Translations under genes and position numbers: made by a program
The notes under the pieces: model-generated
The model's database searches: none
The model's input: the letters and a program-made list of their open reading frames with translations, nothing else
Told to the model about the DNA's origin: nothing
Shown here: piece by piece, positions 62,444 to 64,000 of the stretch
Numbering within the stretch: position 1 is the stretch's first letter
Layout of the letters: the number at the start of each line of letters is the position of its first letter
From: Antedon mediterranea
Lineage: Eukaryota; Animalia; Echinodermata
Length of the DNA: 64,000 nt
Assembly: GCF_964355755.1 (NCBI RefSeq)
Contig: NC_092671.1
Span: forward strand, 26,610,070 to 26,674,069
Direction of reading: 5' to 3'

Positions 62444-63803
62444 ATGGCCTGTATTATCAAAAAGTATTTGAAGATAATTGCAATTTCATACTGCTTATTC
62501 TCAGGTAATATTTTGATTGTTTTAGACATTTTTAATTTCAATAATCCATTGATCTTTATTAATTATTTGGCTATTTGACAACACAATACTTTTTAGATTA
62601 CGTATGTAGGCCTATTATATGTTTGCACACATATAATCTAAGAAACAAATCAAATTAAACCGTATATACATTTTACGTCGGAAGCTCTTTCCCTATTTAC
62701 ACACTCTTTGTAGTAAGAAAGTTATAAGTACTTTGTTCTCTTAAAGATGATTTATGTTGTGGTTTATAAGCAAAGTCATTAATCACTACTACAGCAATGT
62801 TTGTAATGTTATTTTTAATGCACAGTTTTGAAAGCACAGGAAACAGTGACAATGGACGTCACAGAGTTGGTGACCGAAGTAGAAGGAGGTACCACCGTTG
62901 GGGAAGAACAAAACACTGCTACAGAACAGGGTGACGGAAACGAAAATACAATGACCACAACAGAAGACGGTGGAGGAAATGAAGCTACTGGAACAACAAT
63001 GGCAGCAACAACAGAAGCACGGCCAACCGAACCACGGCCAACCGAACCACGGCCAACCGAACCACAGCCAACCGAACCACGGCCAACCGAACCACGGCCA
63101 ACCGAACCACAGCCAACCGAAAGTGACGACGGCAACACTGATGGCACAACAGATAGTATGACAACAACCATGGGAAATGGTAATTAATGCATATCATTTC
63201 TCTATACATTGAGCTGCTTTTTGTTGTTGTTGCTAAATATTGTTTTTAAACTGCTAACAGTAATTGGTCATATCGATAAATGTTGAATACAAATGTATGA
63301 TTTGTTAAAATACATACATTCAGATGGCGCTGAGTTCTAACAAGAATAATAATTATTATTATTGTTTTATTGAGAATGTTTTAAACACTATATTTCAGAT
63401 GGAACTACTGCAAGCGGTGGTGATTCAACAACAGGTAGGTACATATTGAAATTTCGCTTTTTCCAGTTTTCCATGTAAATCAGAAAAACTTGACATGCGC
63501 ATATCAATCACGCATCACAATTTATGTTTCAATTTATCATTTACTGTAAAAAAAAAATTGAAAATTAAGCAACAACCAATAACCCAAATCTATGTCACCG
63601 AGTATAATTAGATAGCTTAGCTGGACTTCAGAGAGGGATCGAAATTGATGTAATTTTTGCCACAACACATGTCTCCAAATTATAATCATATAGAGGGGAA
63701 TATTTTTTTAATGAGTTGCGTTAGAATTTATTGGTTTATATCTATCTATTCATTTTAGCTTCAAGCAATGGAAATACTGGCGGGGGTGGTGGAAACAATG
63801 GTG
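62444..63803 (+). CDS. Secreted or cell-surface Thr/Glu/Gly-rich mucin-like protein, 5' part
   Basis: Exons 62444-62504 (MACIIKKYLKIIAISYCLFS, signal-peptide-like, joins to VLKA-QET), 62826-63179, 63399-63434 and 63759-63803. All introns are phase 1 GT-AG; the gene continues past the window end. Confidence 0.75.
63020..63121 (+). repeat. Coding 15-bp tandem repeat ([R/Q]PTEP x7)
   Basis: (cggccaaccgaacca / cagccaaccgaacca) repeated within exon 62826-63179. Confidence 0.95.
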
Positions 63804-64000
63804 GTACGTATTGTCGGGTGTTTTTAATGTAATTTATAACTGTAAGCCCTAAATCATAATGTTGCGGCAAACTGGTCAGATAGATACCCATCTGATTGGT
63901 CTAATCAAAGAACCTACCGTAAAACCTCAAAAAGGATTCCTTCTTTTGTATAGGACTCTTATTAGGTGGGCTTCTTTTCAAAATAAGCGTTTTCTCAAGA

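Noticed and set aside
62815-63209. Alternative-frame repeat ORFs (GRGSV, HGQPN, RLAVV)
   Set aside because: Shadows of the 15-bp repeat; only the PTEP frame fits the splice phases and the signal-peptide exon.

Overview
AT-rich, intron-rich animal genomic DNA, probably an invertebrate (species not determinable here). Three protein-coding genes were reconstructed by hand from splice sites and reading-frame phase. (1) The 5' part of kinesin KIF9 on the minus strand. (2) A complete alsin gene (ALS2; RCC1-like, DH/PH, MORN and VPS9 domains; about 1670 aa) on the plus strand, head-to-head with KIF9. (3) The 5' part of a secreted Thr/Glu/Gly-rich mucin-like protein with PTEP[R/Q] repeats. The most striking region is the 8-kb ALS2 intron 30475-38490. 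It holds an orphan 28S rDNA segment on the minus strand, split at the canonical R2 target site by a decayed R2 retrotransposon with both junctions present. The R2 keeps zinc-finger, Myb-like, RT, CCHC and RLE remnants and a recognisable HDV-like ribozyme fold at its 5' end. A Helitron sits inside the R2, and the whole cassette appears to lie between the two ends of a hairpin-terminated DNA element. Other items: a Sola3-like transposon relic with ~0.7-kb TIRs, two 5S+tRNA-headed Deu-domain SINE copies, Harbinger-type MITEs and several minisatellites. No CRISPR array is present.
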